64,000 bases of DNA from Synechococcus sp. (GCA_047285305.1 JBJBDL010000003.1:1056001-1120000), one strand, 5' to 3'. Shown: positions 11,032 to 20,823, counted from the first letter of the stretch. Program-made: numbers and translations. Notes: generated from the letters alone by a model not told the origin.

Positions 11032-11230
11032 CCACCACCAGCACGATCACTGCGATCAGCAGGATCACTAGCCAGCGTTTTGTGTTGCTGCGCCTGCTGC
11101 TGCGCGGTGTGAACCGCGCAGCTCGGCTTCCGGCCGCAAGGCCGCAGTTCTGGCAGACCAGCCGCCCGGCCATGGATCGGTCGGCACGAAACCGACGACT
11201 TCCGCAGTTCTGGCAGACGGTGACGGCCAA
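11021..11230 (-). CDS. Small zinc-ribbon protein with C-terminal transmembrane anchor
   Basis: Two VCQNCG knuckles, a basic linker and a hydrophobic tail WLVILLIAVIVLVVV. Confidence 0.75.
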   Translation of the reverse strand: MAVTVCQNCGSRRFRADRSMAGRLVCQNCGLAAGSRAARFTPRSSRRSNTKRWLVILLIAVIVLVVVTS

Positions 11231-11287
11231 GTTCTCTCGATCAGCGTTTCACCAGCTTGCCTGGCGTGAGCCAGGCAGTCAGTCCCG

Positions 11288-11548
11288 TTACCAGCCATCG
11301 CAGCCAGCTTTGACGCGTTGACGCTTGGTGCGCCGGCAGCTCTCGTTCTATTGAGCCAGAGCTTCACTCGCCGCAGCGACGGCCGTGCTGTCAGTGCCTT
11401 CCGCAATGATCAAACAGTTGATTGCCATGGCGTTGCCCATGCGATTCAGCACCTGATCGATTAAGCGACACTGATCAAATTCGGCGTGCCCCGCACTCGG
11501 GATCCCCAGCAGGATCAGGCTCTAACACGCAGCACGCCAGCCCTTCAT
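11288..11548 (-). pseudogene. Small secreted-protein gene with two in-frame TAG stops
   Basis: One frame reads MKGWRAAC*SLILLGIPSAGHAEFDQCRLIDQVLNRMGNAMAINCLIIAEGTDSTAVAAASEALAQ*NESCRRTKRQRVKAGCDGW*; stops at 11522-11524 and 11348-11350. Confidence 0.7.
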
Positions 11549-11556
11549 CGATCAGC

Positions 11557-11776
11557 TCAGAGGCCGTAGGTAATGGTGCACTGAATACCGGCTGCAGGCT
11601 CCCGCATCAATGCTCTTGCAGGTGGTGTTGGCGATAGTTGCCCCTTTCGGGATCGCCTGCATCGCCTCGGCGGTGGCGAACTGCTCGGACGGCTCTTGGG
11701 CTGTGGCCCGCTTGCCACCCACAAGAGCCATGGATCCCAGAAGGCGGCTGGCCATCAACAGCGCCGCGTTTCGCAT
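11557..11776 (-). pseudogene. Small secreted protein with a probable 1-nt frameshift near its 3' end
   Basis: MRNAALLMASRLLGSMALVGGKRATAQEPSEQFATAEAMQAIPKGATIANTTCKSIDAGACSRY; removing one T at TAT-T-CAG continues QCTITYGL*. Confidence 0.5.
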
Positions 11777-11846
11777 CGTTAGGGCCCGAAAGGGGTGCTT
11801 CTCCTTTCGATTGAGACAGAACAACTCAAGGTGACAGCTGCTGAGT

Positions 11847-12053
11847 TCAACAGCCGCCCCGGCACCAGCGTCGGCTTCGCTGACTGGACTCGGTACAGGG
11901 ATTGGAGGTGGCGGCAACGATGATGCGGGCTGTACCGGAAGACGTCGCGACCCCCATGCGGCATTGAAGGGAACCATCACGAGGGGGGATCGATTCCGCA
12001 CTCTTTGCCGGCCAGGCCAAAGCACTGGACGCGATCAGAACTGATCGCGCCAT
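11847..12053 (-). CDS. Possible small or decayed Cys-containing secreted protein
   Basis: ORF begins with a signal-like MARSVLIASSALAWPAKSA and lies on the same strand as its neighbours; no recognisable domain. Confidence 0.3.
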   Translation of the reverse strand: MARSVLIASSALAWPAKSAESIPPRDGSLQCRMGVATSSGTARIIVAATSNPCTESSQRSRRWCRGGC

Positions 12054-12121
12054 TTTTACCGATCCTGCGGCGTCATGCCGTCATGTCGGCTGCGTTCTCA
12101 GTGCCCAAGTCCAACGCCTTC

Positions 12122-12289
12122 TCAGGCTTTGGAGTAGGAGACGCCGCGGTAGGTCAGAGCAACGCAATTGCGTACGGATTTGATTTGCTCAGACCGATAG
12201 CTTTTGCCCATGTATTTCAGTTGGATTGTTGGTCTTGTCGATACTGCTTCTGTCTTTGCATATTTGTTGCCCAAGAAAGTGAGTTCCAT
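12122..12289 (-). CDS. DUF4278-like small basic protein (55 aa)
   Basis: Three repeats LTFLGNKY / LKYMGKSY / LTYRGVSY; ATG at 12289. Confidence 0.8.
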   Translation of the reverse strand: MELTFLGNKYAKTEAVSTRPTIQLKYMGKSYRSEQIKSVRNCVALTYRGVSYSKA

Positions 12290-12542
12290 GGTGTGAATAG
12301 GGATGGATAAAAACTTTTTTAGTTCTACGCCGTCGCCCAAAAGCCGCAAGGTTCCATTTGATACCTTGCTCTTTAGCTATTGTTAAGGCTGCATCATCCT
12401 GATACAAGTTCTGCTCTTAATCCCTGTCCTGAAAGGACGAGGGGGGTGATGCGAGTTGTGGGATTTTGTGTTTGTTGATGTGAAGTAGTTGAAATATTTG
12501 TTGGTTTTGTTCGCGCTGTCGAACTTGTCTTGATTGATTCTC

Positions 12543-12941
12543 TCAGGCTTGAGGCTTGGAGCGTTCCTCTGTTTGCGCTTTGCTGCAGCGTTGGCATGCA
12601 TTAACGCTGTCTTTGTGGTGTTCCGGCAGCGTTAGCCGGAATGGGTCCACGTCAAATTCGTAGCCACAGGCGCAGCGGGCATGGAACTTCAGTTTTTTCG
12701 CTTTTTTGAGTCGCTTTAAAAGGGTGACGTTGCCAAAAACTTGATCTGGCTTGAATCGCTCCAGCTTGGTGCGTTCCTCCGGCGCATGCTTGACCCGGGC
12801 CTTTTGCAGGGCGTTGCGTACGGAGTTTTCACTGCCTTTTCCCAGGATCTTGGGGATCTGCAGGATCGATCGCCCTTCCTGCAGGTACAGACGCTTGATC
12901 TCCTCGATCTCAGCACTTGTGAAGCCAGATTTCTTGCCCAC
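12543..12941 (-). CDS. Hypothetical DNA-binding protein: N-terminal HTH plus phage-type Cys/Zn domain
   Basis: EEIKRLYLQEGRSILQIPKILG.SENSVRNAL (HTH) and QVFGNVTLL...ARCACGYEFDV...CQRC; GTG start. Confidence 0.75.
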   Translation of the reverse strand: MGKKSGFTSAEIEEIKRLYLQEGRSILQIPKILGKGSENSVRNALQKARVKHAPEERTKLERFKPDQVFGNVTLLKRLKKAKKLKFHARCACGYEFDVDPFRLTLPEHHKDSVNACQRCSKAQTEERSKPQA

Positions 12942-13025
12942 CTGCTTCCTTCCTTTGGTTTGAGTCTCTCAGGCGGTGCGCAAGAGCCATCCAAGTTCTC
13001 GGAGGCGAAATGTCAGCCTGTCGGG

Positions 13026-13757
13026 ATGATTCCACTGGACCCACTGTTGCAACGGCTGGCCGGAGTCGCCGGCATGGAGAGCGGCTGCAAGCGCCTTGTT
13101 GTTGTGCAGGGCCAGCTGGGGGATTTCGACTCGATCGAATACGCCCAGGCGCTGGTGGCAAGGCTTCCCCAGTTGGCGGCGCTTGGGGTCAAGGTGCAGC
13201 TGTTCGGCATCGGCAACGCTGCCAGTGCCGAACGCTTCGCGGCCTTCACCGGGTTTCCCCTGCAGCAGCTGATCGCCGATCCATCGCCGCTGTTGCATCA
13301 GGCCCTGGGGTTGGAGACGGGCTTGAAGCTCCCCGGTGGCCCCTGGCCTGGTTTTCTGCTGATGTGCGCCGGCGTGGGCTCGCCTGGCACCCTGCGCGAG
13401 GTGCTGCGCGGTTACACCGGAGATCGCGCGGCGGCCCAGATCTTTGACGACGAGGAGTGGGTTGAAGCCTTTCCTTTGCCGCGCTTCCGGGGGGCTCTGT
13501 TCCGCCGGGTCGGTGGTGCTGGGTTCCAGCGACCCTTTGAGCTCGCCACCAAGCGTTTGCGCAACATGAATGAAGTGCTCCGCAACTGGCGCACCTATGT
13601 GCCCTGTGATGACTACATCACGCAGCGCGGCGCCACCGTGCTGCTCGACGCCGATGACAGCGTGATCTACTGCCACCGCGATCAAAGCCTGCTCGGCTAC
13701 TCCGCCACCATGGAACGTCCCTTGGCGTTTCTCGATGAGGTTCTGGCTCAGGGCTGA
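13026..13757 (+). CDS. AhpC/TSA-like (peroxiredoxin-like) thioredoxin-fold protein
   Basis: QLGDFDSIEYAQ, MCAGVGSPGTLREVLRGY, RPFELATKRLRNM, TQRGAT motifs. Confidence 0.8.
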   Translation: MIPLDPLLQRLAGVAGMESGCKRLVVVQGQLGDFDSIEYAQALVARLPQLAALGVKVQLFGIGNAASAERFAAFTGFPLQQLIADPSPLLHQALGLETGLKLPGGPWPGFLLMCAGVGSPGTLREVLRGYTGDRAAAQIFDDEEWVEAFPLPRFRGALFRRVGGAGFQRPFELATKRLRNMNEVLRNWRTYVPCDDYITQRGATVLLDADDSVIYCHRDQSLLGYSATMERPLAFLDEVLAQG

Positions 13758-13773
13758 GCTCAACCGGCTGTCT

Positions 13774-14313
13774 TCAATTAGTGGTGGGCTCGCGATACAC
13801 CGCAAGAGCTGCCACCAAGCCGCCGATGAACCCTGCGCTGTGGCTGATCCAGCTGACGCCGGCGGATGAGACACCGGGAATCAAGGCGATCAGGGCTGAG
13901 CCGTAGAGCCAGAACGCCACCAGGCCCAGGGCGATGGAGAGGATGCGGCGTTCTAGCCAGCCGATCAGCAGCAGGTAACCCAGCAGTCCGTACACCACGC
14001 CTGATAGTCCATGACTGTGGGCGGGCCAGAACAGGGCCACGGGAATGTTGATCAGCAGCACCGAAAGCCAGACGCTCAGGTAATCGCGCATCCCCCGGCT
14101 GAGCACCAGCCAGCTCAGGGGTAGAAACGCCAGGCTGTTGGAGACCAGATGCCCGAAGCCGGCATGGCTGAACGGCGCTGTGATTACCCCCCACCACGGT
14201 TGATCCGGCCCCATCGGCAGGTTCCACTGCCCCGCAAAAAAAAGTTGGTCGCTCAGCTCCTGCCCCCAGGCCAAGGCCAGGATCAGCAGGGGAAGCAGCA
14301 GTCGAATGCGCAT
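13774..14313 (-). CDS. Rhomboid family intramembrane serine protease
   Basis: PFSHAGFGHLVSN, catalytic HGLSG and SWISH; multiple TM helices. Confidence 0.9.
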   Translation of the reverse strand: MRIRLLLPLLILALAWGQELSDQLFFAGQWNLPMGPDQPWWGVITAPFSHAGFGHLVSNSLAFLPLSWLVLSRGMRDYLSVWLSVLLINIPVALFWPAHSHGLSGVVYGLLGYLLLIGWLERRILSIALGLVAFWLYGSALIALIPGVSSAGVSWISHSAGFIGGLVAALAVYREPTTN

Positions 14314-14357
14314 CGCCTTGCGCCAATGACCACAATGATGACGCGGATGCTGGGCGG

Positions 14358-15893
14358 ATGATCAGAAGCGACGTCGACGTTCTGGTGATCGGCAGCGGCA
14401 TCGGTGGACTGTGTGCTGCAGGTTTGTGTGCCCGCGCCGGTCGTGAGGTGCTGGTGCTGGAAGCCCATCACCAACCTGGTGGAGCCGCCCATGGCTTTCA
14501 ACGCCAGGGGTATCACTTTGAATCCGGTCCATCCCTCTGGAGTGGCCTGGGGCGCTGGCCCAGCAGCAATCCCCTGGCCCAGGTGCTGCGTGCGCTGGGC
14601 CAGACCGTGGAGGTGATTCCCTATCGCAGCTGGGATGTGCTGTTGCCGGAAGGGGATCTGCGCATCGCCGTTGGGCACGACGACTTTGAGGCTGTGGTGT
14701 GCAGCCTGCGCAGCCCCGAGGTGGCCGCCGAATGGCGGCGTTTTGTGGAGGCGCTTCAGCCAATTGCCGCAGCTGCCGATGCTTTGCCCTTGCTGGCCCT
14801 GCGGCCTGGGGTTGATGGCATGGCGCAACTGCTGAAGCGCGGTGGACGTTTGCTGCCGCATCTTGCGGCGATGCGCTACCTCTCCGGTTCCTTTGGTCCC
14901 CTGGTGGATCGTCACCTCAGCGATCCTTTCCTGCGCCATTGGGTGGATCTGCTTTCCTTCTTAATCAGCGGCATGCCGATGGGAGACACCAACACCGCAG
15001 CCATGGCCACGCTGTTCGGTGAGTGGTTTGAACCGGATGCCCATCTCGACTACCCCGTTGGCGGCAGTGCTGCCGTGGTTGAGGCCCTGGTGCGTGGCTT
15101 GAAAGCTCACGGCGGCACCCTGCACATGGGAACGGCGGTGCAACAGCTGCGGGTGGAGGGGGATCAAGTAGTAGGTGTGACGATGGCCGATGGAACGCAG
15201 ATCGCGGCGCGGCAGGTGATCTGCAATGCCGACATCTGGTCCACCCTTGCTCTGCTGCCGGAGTCCGTGGCGCCGAAGTGGCAGCGTCAGCGCCAGGCCA
15301 CGCCGGCCTGCAACGGCTTCCTCCATCTGCATCTGGGCTTTGATGCCACGGGGCTGGAGGATCTGCCGATCCACACCGTCTGGGTGGATGATTGGGAGCG
15401 TGGGATCGACGCCGAGCGCAATGCCGTGGTGTTGTCGATTCCGTCAGTGTTGGATTCCTCGATGGCACCGGCCGGTCGCCATGTGCTGCATGCCTACACC
15501 CCGGCCAGCGAACCCTGGCAGCTCTGGGCTGATCTAGAGCGCGACAGCGCGGCGTATCAGCAGAGAAAACAGGAGCGATGTGCTGTGTTCTGGCGGGTGC
15601 TGGAACGCCGTATTCCCGACATCCGCGACCGCTGTGAGCTGATCATGGAGGGAACGCCGCTGACCCACAGCCATTTCCTCAATGTTCATCAGGGCAGTTA
15701 TGGCCCTGCCCTTTCAGCAGCTGAAGGTCTCTTCCCGGGCGTGACGACGCCCCTGGCCAATTTCTGGCTTTGTGGTGCCAGCACCTTCCCTGGGATCGGC
15801 ATCCCCCCCGTGGCGGCGAGTGGTGCCATGGCGGCCCATGCCGTCCTCGGCCGGGAGATGCAAAACAGTCTGCTGCGGGAGCTGGAGCTTTGA
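14358..15893 (+). CDS. Phytoene desaturase/carotenoid isomerase-like FAD oxidoreductase
   Basis: IGSGIGGL Rossmann motif, PGGAAH, FESGPSL, GTPLTH, FPGIGIPPVAASG. Confidence 0.85.
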   Translation: MIRSDVDVLVIGSGIGGLCAAGLCARAGREVLVLEAHHQPGGAAHGFQRQGYHFESGPSLWSGLGRWPSSNPLAQVLRALGQTVEVIPYRSWDVLLPEGDLRIAVGHDDFEAVVCSLRSPEVAAEWRRFVEALQPIAAAADALPLLALRPGVDGMAQLLKRGGRLLPHLAAMRYLSGSFGPLVDRHLSDPFLRHWVDLLSFLISGMPMGDTNTAAMATLFGEWFEPDAHLDYPVGGSAAVVEALVRGLKAHGGTLHMGTAVQQLRVEGDQVVGVTMADGTQIAARQVICNADIWSTLALLPESVAPKWQRQRQATPACNGFLHLHLGFDATGLEDLPIHTVWVDDWERGIDAERNAVVLSIPSVLDSSMAPAGRHVLHAYTPASEPWQLWADLERDSAAYQQRKQERCAVFWRVLERRIPDIRDRCELIMEGTPLTHSHFLNVHQGSYGPALSAAEGLFPGVTTPLANFWLCGASTFPGIGIPPVAASGAMAAHAVLGREMQNSLLRELEL

Positions 15894-15927
15894 AGCAGCT
15901 GCGTCATAACCTCCTACCGGAACGCCG

Positions 15928-16137
15928 ATGCAGTCCATGACTTCCAATGCCCGGATCGATTCGCTGCAGCTGATGCTCACGGATCTGCGCATGCGCAACG
16001 AGCCGATTCGTCACAAGGCGGCATTCCGTGGTTGCCAGCCGGAATTTCAGGCGTTGGTGAGTCGTTTGATCGAGCAGCTGGAGGGGGAACTGCTGGATGA
16101 GAAACAGCGCTCCCGTGAAGCTTCCCGTCGGGCCTGA
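15928..16137 (+). CDS. Hypothetical small helical protein
   Basis: Clean 69-aa ORF with host-like codon usage. Confidence 0.7.
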   Translation: MQSMTSNARIDSLQLMLTDLRMRNEPIRHKAAFRGCQPEFQALVSRLIEQLEGELLDEKQRSREASRRA

Positions 16138-16140
16138 TAC

Positions 16141-16520
16141 TCAAAGAAGGCCGCGCCACTGCGATTCCTGCCTGGCGGCCTACTTTGCGCCCTCATTGGG
16201 GAAGCCTTTGAGAAAGTCTTTGTCTTGAGCGGGCTTGTAGAGCCCCTGTCTTAGCTCGAAAATCACGCTGACGGCCTCCAGGGCTACAAGGGTGTGGAAC
16301 TGATCTTCTGCAATCTCGATGCAGTGGGTGGGCCCCTTGGCGCTGAGATGTAGCTGCTGCTGGATGTTGCCCTCACTTTTGAACAGCAGCAGTCCGACGG
16401 TTCCCTGCAGCATCAGAAAGCATTCGACGCCAGTGCCGGGGCAGTTGTGCTGGTGGCGGTGGGGCCGCACGAGGTGCCGCGTTGATGATGCACCGTTTGG
16501 ATGTGGTGGGTTTCCGCAAC
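16141..16520 (-). pseudogene. Decayed WbuC-like cupin metalloprotein gene
   Basis: VRPHRH...ECFLMLQG...FHTLVAL...FELRQGLYKPAQDKDF; an in-frame TAG at 16180-16182 is followed by AARQESQWRGLL*. The N-terminus is unrecognisable, so the 5' boundary is approximate. Confidence 0.75.
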
Positions 16521-16621
16521 ACGGTGAAAACCCGCTTTGCCGATGTTTTGGAAATAGCAGTGGAGTGAATCTTGGTTGGAGCTCCGGATCCACTAGAACC
16601 GGGTTCCCTCCATTGCTGTGA

Positions 16622-18103
16622 ATGGCGGCGCTGCAGATCGTCTGGTTCAAGCGTGATCTGCGCATCGTTGATCACCAGCCCTTGGCGGCTGCTGCGGAGC
16701 GGGGTTTGGTGCTGCCGCTGTATGTAGTGGAGCCGGAGTTGTGGCAGCAGCCCGATGCCTCCGGGCGGCAGTGGATGTTTTGCCAGGAGTCGCTGCTGGA
16801 GTTGCGCCAGGCCCTAGCGGATCGGGGCCAACCCTTGGTGGTGCGCGTTGGGGATGTCGTGCAGGTGCTGGAACGGGCCCGGCGTCAGTTCGGCATCGAT
16901 GGGCTGTGGAGTCATGAGGAAACTGGCAACGGCTGGACGTACCAGCGCGACAAACGCGTTGGGGACTGGGCCCGTCGGCACGGCATCGATTGGACGGAAA
17001 TCCCGCAGTTTGGGGTGATGCGCCGGATGCGTAGCCGCAATGGCTGGGCTAAACGCTGGGAGGTACAGATGACGGAGCCCATCACACCAGTGCCGGCCGC
17101 GTTGCAATCGCTGGAGGGCATTGATCCCGGTGTGATCCCGGAGCAGCCCTGCCGAGAGCTGCCGGTTGATGGTTGCCCGCAGCGCCAGACCGGTGGGCGT
17201 TCAATCGGCCTGGAGGAGTTGAGCGATTTTTTGCTACACCGCGCCCCGCGCTATCAACGGGCGATGTCGAGCCCCAACACGGCGTTCACCGGTTGTTCGC
17301 GCTTGTCGGCTTATCTCACTTGGGGTTGTCTCTCGATGCGGGAAGTGCTGCAGACGAGCCGCACCTACAGCGGCCGCGGCGTCAGCAGCTTTGAATCACG
17401 GCTGCACTGGCACTGCCATTTCATTCAGAAGTTGGAGGATCAGCCGGCGATTGAATTCAGCGATTTCCATCCGTTCATGCGCGGCATTCGCGCAGACGAC
17501 GTCGAGCGCTTGACGGCCTGGAGCGAAGGTCGCACTGGCGTCCCGTTTGTGGATGCCTGCATGCGCGCCTTGCGGGCCCATGGCTGGATCAACTTCCGCA
17601 TGCGGGCGATGTTGATGTCTTTTGCCAGCTACAACCTTTGGCTGCCTTGGAGAGACAGTGGCCTGCATCTGGCCCGTCAGTTTGTGGATTACGAACCGGG
17701 GATTCACTGGAGCCAGTGCCAGATGCAGTCGGGCAGCACCTCGATCAACACGATTCGGATTTACAACCCGATCAAGCAGGGCATGGACCACGACCCCCAG
17801 GGGCTGTTCATCCGTCAGTGGTGCCCTGAACTCAAGGATGTGCCCACGATTCACATCCATGAGCCCTGGATGCTGGGTGGTGGCATGCCACCACCGATAG
17901 TTGATGTCACTGCATCGATGCAGGACGCCAAAGATCGCATCTGGGAGATTCGCCGATCGGCAGGTTTTGATCGCCATGCCGATGCGATTCAGCACAAGCA
18001 TGGCTCACGTAAGGCGGGTTTGAAGCCAACAACGGCTCGCCGCCGCCGGCGCAAACCACAGCAGCCCGACAACGGCAGCCAGCAGCTCAGCCTCGGTCTT
18101 TAG
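16622..18103 (+). CDS. DNA photolyase/cryptochrome family FAD-binding protein
   Basis: [57 protein letters not shown]. Confidence 0.93.
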   Translation: MAALQIVWFKRDLRIVDHQPLAAAAERGLVLPLYVVEPELWQQPDASGRQWMFCQESLLELRQALADRGQPLVVRVGDVVQVLERARRQFGIDGLWSHEETGNGWTYQRDKRVGDWARRHGIDWTEIPQFGVMRRMRSRNGWAKRWEVQMTEPITPVPAALQSLEGIDPGVIPEQPCRELPVDGCPQRQTGGRSIGLEELSDFLLHRAPRYQRAMSSPNTAFTGCSRLSAYLTWGCLSMREVLQTSRTYSGRGVSSFESRLHWHCHFIQKLEDQPAIEFSDFHPFMRGIRADDVERLTAWSEGRTGVPFVDACMRALRAHGWINFRMRAMLMSFASYNLWLPWRDSGLHLARQFVDYEPGIHWSQCQMQSGSTSINTIRIYNPIKQGMDHDPQGLFIRQWCPELKDVPTIHIHEPWMLGGGMPPPIVDVTASMQDAKDRIWEIRRSAGFDRHADAIQHKHGSRKAGLKPTTARRRRRKPQQPDNGSQQLSLGL

Positions 18104-19245
18104 TTGCGCTGCAATAGCAGCCGCTTGATTACCCGTTGGGCGATGTCGCCATAGCCCATCTCCCCGGAGAGAATCTGAGCAATTCGCCGTGGTGCGGTGG
18201 GCCGCTTGATCCCCAGCTGATACCCCACACCGGGGAAGCGATAGAACACCTGGGCAATGCGCCGGCCCCAGGCCATCGACTCACCCCAGCGCTTCCGCAT
18301 GCTCTGGCTGTAGCCCTGCAAATCCCGACTGTCGCCCTTGAGCCATAGGTTCAGATGTCGAGCTGCCTCGCAGCCACTCATCAGGGCTGGGCGAAGCCCT
18401 TCCGCCAAAAAGGGGTCGCACAGCGATGCCGCATCGCCCACCACCACAATGCCGTCGCCATCAAGACGGTGATGACCGTTCCACACCCGCAGTTGGCCGC
18501 GCTGACGGATGCCTGCATCGGCGGCGAAACCAAGATCCGGCAACAGCTGAGCCAACACCTGCTCCGGGTCGGCGTCCTGCTTGCCGATGAAGCTTCCCAC
18601 GCCGATGTTCACACCACCTGCAAGGGGAAAGGCCCAGGCGAAGCCCTGTTTCACCAGGCCGAATTCAAAGCGTGTGGTGCCATCGCTGAGTTTGCCTTGA
18701 CCTTCGAGTCGCACCGACATGGTGGTGGCCATCTGGGGTTGTTTCGCGCCCAGGCCGAGCCGTTGGGGCCAAGGGGACCCCGAACCGTCGGCGATCACCA
18801 CGGCCCGCCCCTGCCAATGGCGTCCATCGGTTGCCGTGACTCGCCAGACGTCGCCATGGCGACGGATGTCATTCACCTCAACGCCCGCAAGGCGTTGAGC
18901 CCCAGCCTGAATGGCCTGATCTGAGAGCAGTTGATCCAGCGTTTCGCGACGCACGATCCAGAACGGTGCATCGCCGGGCAGCTCGGCGACCACCGGATCC
19001 TCCAGGCACCAACTGAAATCCACCCGTCGGATCACCTGCTCCACCGCTGGTTCCAGGGAAAACGGCAACCACTGCTGCACGGAGGCCGCCATGCCACCTC
19101 CACAGGCTTTGATCCGCGGCTCTGGGTCGCGCTCAAGCGTCAGGGCGTCATGGCCCGCTAACGCAAGATGCACTGCCGCTGCACCGCCAGCGGCCCCAGA
19201 CCCAACGATCAGAACGTCGCGGGTCCGATTCAATCCGTTGCTCAA
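18100..19245 (-). CDS. Geranylgeranyl reductase family FAD oxidoreductase
   Basis: [23 protein letters not shown]...DPFLAEG; TTG start overlaps the frr stop. Confidence 0.88.
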   Translation of the reverse strand: MSNGLNRTRDVLIVGSGAAGGAAAVHLALAGHDALTLERDPEPRIKACGGGMAASVQQWLPFSLEPAVEQVIRRVDFSWCLEDPVVAELPGDAPFWIVRRETLDQLLSDQAIQAGAQRLAGVEVNDIRRHGDVWRVTATDGRHWQGRAVVIADGSGSPWPQRLGLGAKQPQMATTMSVRLEGQGKLSDGTTRFEFGLVKQGFAWAFPLAGGVNIGVGSFIGKQDADPEQVLAQLLPDLGFAADAGIRQRGQLRVWNGHHRLDGDGIVVVGDAASLCDPFLAEGLRPALMSGCEAARHLNLWLKGDSRDLQGYSQSMRKRWGESMAWGRRIAQVFYRFPGVGYQLGIKRPTAPRRIAQILSGEMGYGDIAQRVIKRLLLQRN

Positions 19246-19790
19246 ACCTTAAGGATGTCGGCTTCCTTGGTGGCCAGGTGCTGTTCCAGCTCAGCGATGA
19301 ATTTATCGAGCGTTTTCTGAACGCCATCTTGTTCGTCGCGGCTCTGGTCTTCAGAGAACTCCCCTTCCTTTTCCTGCTTTTTAATCTTGTCGATCGCGTC
19401 GCGGCGCAAGTTGCGCAGGGCCACCTTGCCTTCTTCGGCGTACTTCGAGGCCAGCTTGCAGAATTCCTTGCGGCGCTCCTCGGTGAGGGGAGGCACGTTG
19501 ATGCGGATGATCTTGCCGTCGTTGTTGGGGGTGAAGCCCAGCTCACTCATTGCGATGGCCTTCTCGATTGACGCCAGGGCGCTGATGTCGAACGGTTGGA
19601 TCTGGATGGTCTGGGAGTCCGGGGTCGATAGGGTGGCCAGCGACTTCAACGGTGTGTCAGCGCCGTAGTACTCCACGCTGATGCGATCCAGCAGGGAGGA
19701 ATTGGCCCGGCCAGTACGGATTGTGTTGAAGTTGCGCTGGGTGGCCTCCACCGACTTGCGCATGCTGGCTTCGAGGTCCTGGGTCGACAT
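19242..19790 (-). CDS. frr: Ribosome recycling factor
   Basis: [25 protein letters not shown]. Confidence 0.98.
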   Translation of the reverse strand: MSTQDLEASMRKSVEATQRNFNTIRTGRANSSLLDRISVEYYGADTPLKSLATLSTPDSQTIQIQPFDISALASIEKAIAMSELGFTPNNDGKIIRINVPPLTEERRKEFCKLASKYAEEGKVALRNLRRDAIDKIKKQEKEGEFSEDQSRDEQDGVQKTLDKFIAELEQHLATKEADILKV

Positions 19791-19831
19791 GGTTGCTGAG
19801 GGAGGAGGCGTGCGAACTGGGTTGGCGTTTT

Positions 19832-20545
19832 TTAGGAGAGGCCGCCGATGCGGGACCCGATCGGTTCCCCGGCCACGGCTCTGCCGATGTTGCCAGGTTC
19901 AAACAGGTTGAAGACAACAATCGGGATGTTGTTGTCTTTGCAGAGGGCGATGGCGGTGCTGTCCATTACCCCTAACTCCCCGCTGAGCACGTCTTGATAG
20001 CTCAGCTGCGCGTGCTTCACCGCGTCGGCGTGCTTCGCCGGATCTTTGTCATAGACCCCATCCACCTTGGTGGCTTTGAACACCACATCGGCATTGATTT
20101 CAGCGGCCCGCAGGGCAGCGGTGGTGTCGGTGGTGAAGAAAGGGTTGCCGCAACCGGCGCCGAACACCACCACCCGGTTTTTCTCCAGATGCCGAATCGC
20201 TTTGCGACGGATGTAAGGCTCCGCCACTTCCTGCATGGCGATGGCGGTTTGCACCCGGGTGGGAACACCAGCCCTCTCAAGCCCGTCTTGGAGGGTGATG
20301 GCGTTCATCACCGTGGCCAACATGCCAACGTAATCAGCAGTGGCTCTCTCCATGCCCGCCGCAGACCCCTTCAGCCCGCGGAAAATGTTGCCGCCGCCCA
20401 CGACGATCGCCAGCTGGGTGCCACTGGCCACCACCCTGGCCACATCGGAAGCAATCGACTGAACAATGGCGGGATCTATGCCATAGCCCTGAGATCCCAT
20501 CAGAGCTTCGCCGCTGAGTTTCAGCAGGACGCGTGTGTAGGTCAT
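19832..20545 (-). CDS. pyrH: Uridylate kinase
   Basis: [26 protein letters not shown]; adjacent to frr. Confidence 0.98.
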   Translation of the reverse strand: MTYTRVLLKLSGEALMGSQGYGIDPAIVQSIASDVARVVASGTQLAIVVGGGNIFRGLKGSAAGMERATADYVGMLATVMNAITLQDGLERAGVPTRVQTAIAMQEVAEPYIRRKAIRHLEKNRVVVFGAGCGNPFFTTDTTAALRAAEINADVVFKATKVDGVYDKDPAKHADAVKHAQLSYQDVLSGELGVMDSTAIALCKDNNIPIVVFNLFEPGNIGRAVAGEPIGSRIGGLS

Positions 20546-20628
20546 CTACGGTCCAGATCCTTTTGACAGTAGCAAGCACTGGCACAAGCCTCTGATCGCC
20601 GCTTGGATGGGGAAACCGCGGCTGTTTC

Positions 20629-20823
20629 ATGCCAGAGACCGATGCCACCCAAAGCGGTGTGATGGCCCGTCTCACGCTTTCAGCCCTGGAACGGGCCAGT
20701 CAGGATCCCGACTGTTGGCGTGAACCGGTGGTGCATCGCGCTCTGTTGGTGAGTGGGCTGTCGGTGCTCACCGCGGCCACCCGTCATCTTCTGGATGATC
20801 TCGAGGCGGCTGAAGCGCTCTGA
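20629..20823 (+). CDS. Hypothetical small protein
   Basis: 64-aa ORF filling the pyrH-cobO gap. Confidence 0.6.
   Translation: MPETDATQSGVMARLTLSALERASQDPDCWREPVVHRALLVSGLSVLTAATRHLLDDLEAAEAL

Noticed and set aside
12741..13025. N-terminal extension of the 338-aa AhpC-like ORF
   Set aside because: It overlaps the HTH/Zn gene on the opposite strand; the family-like sequence starts at ATG 13026.
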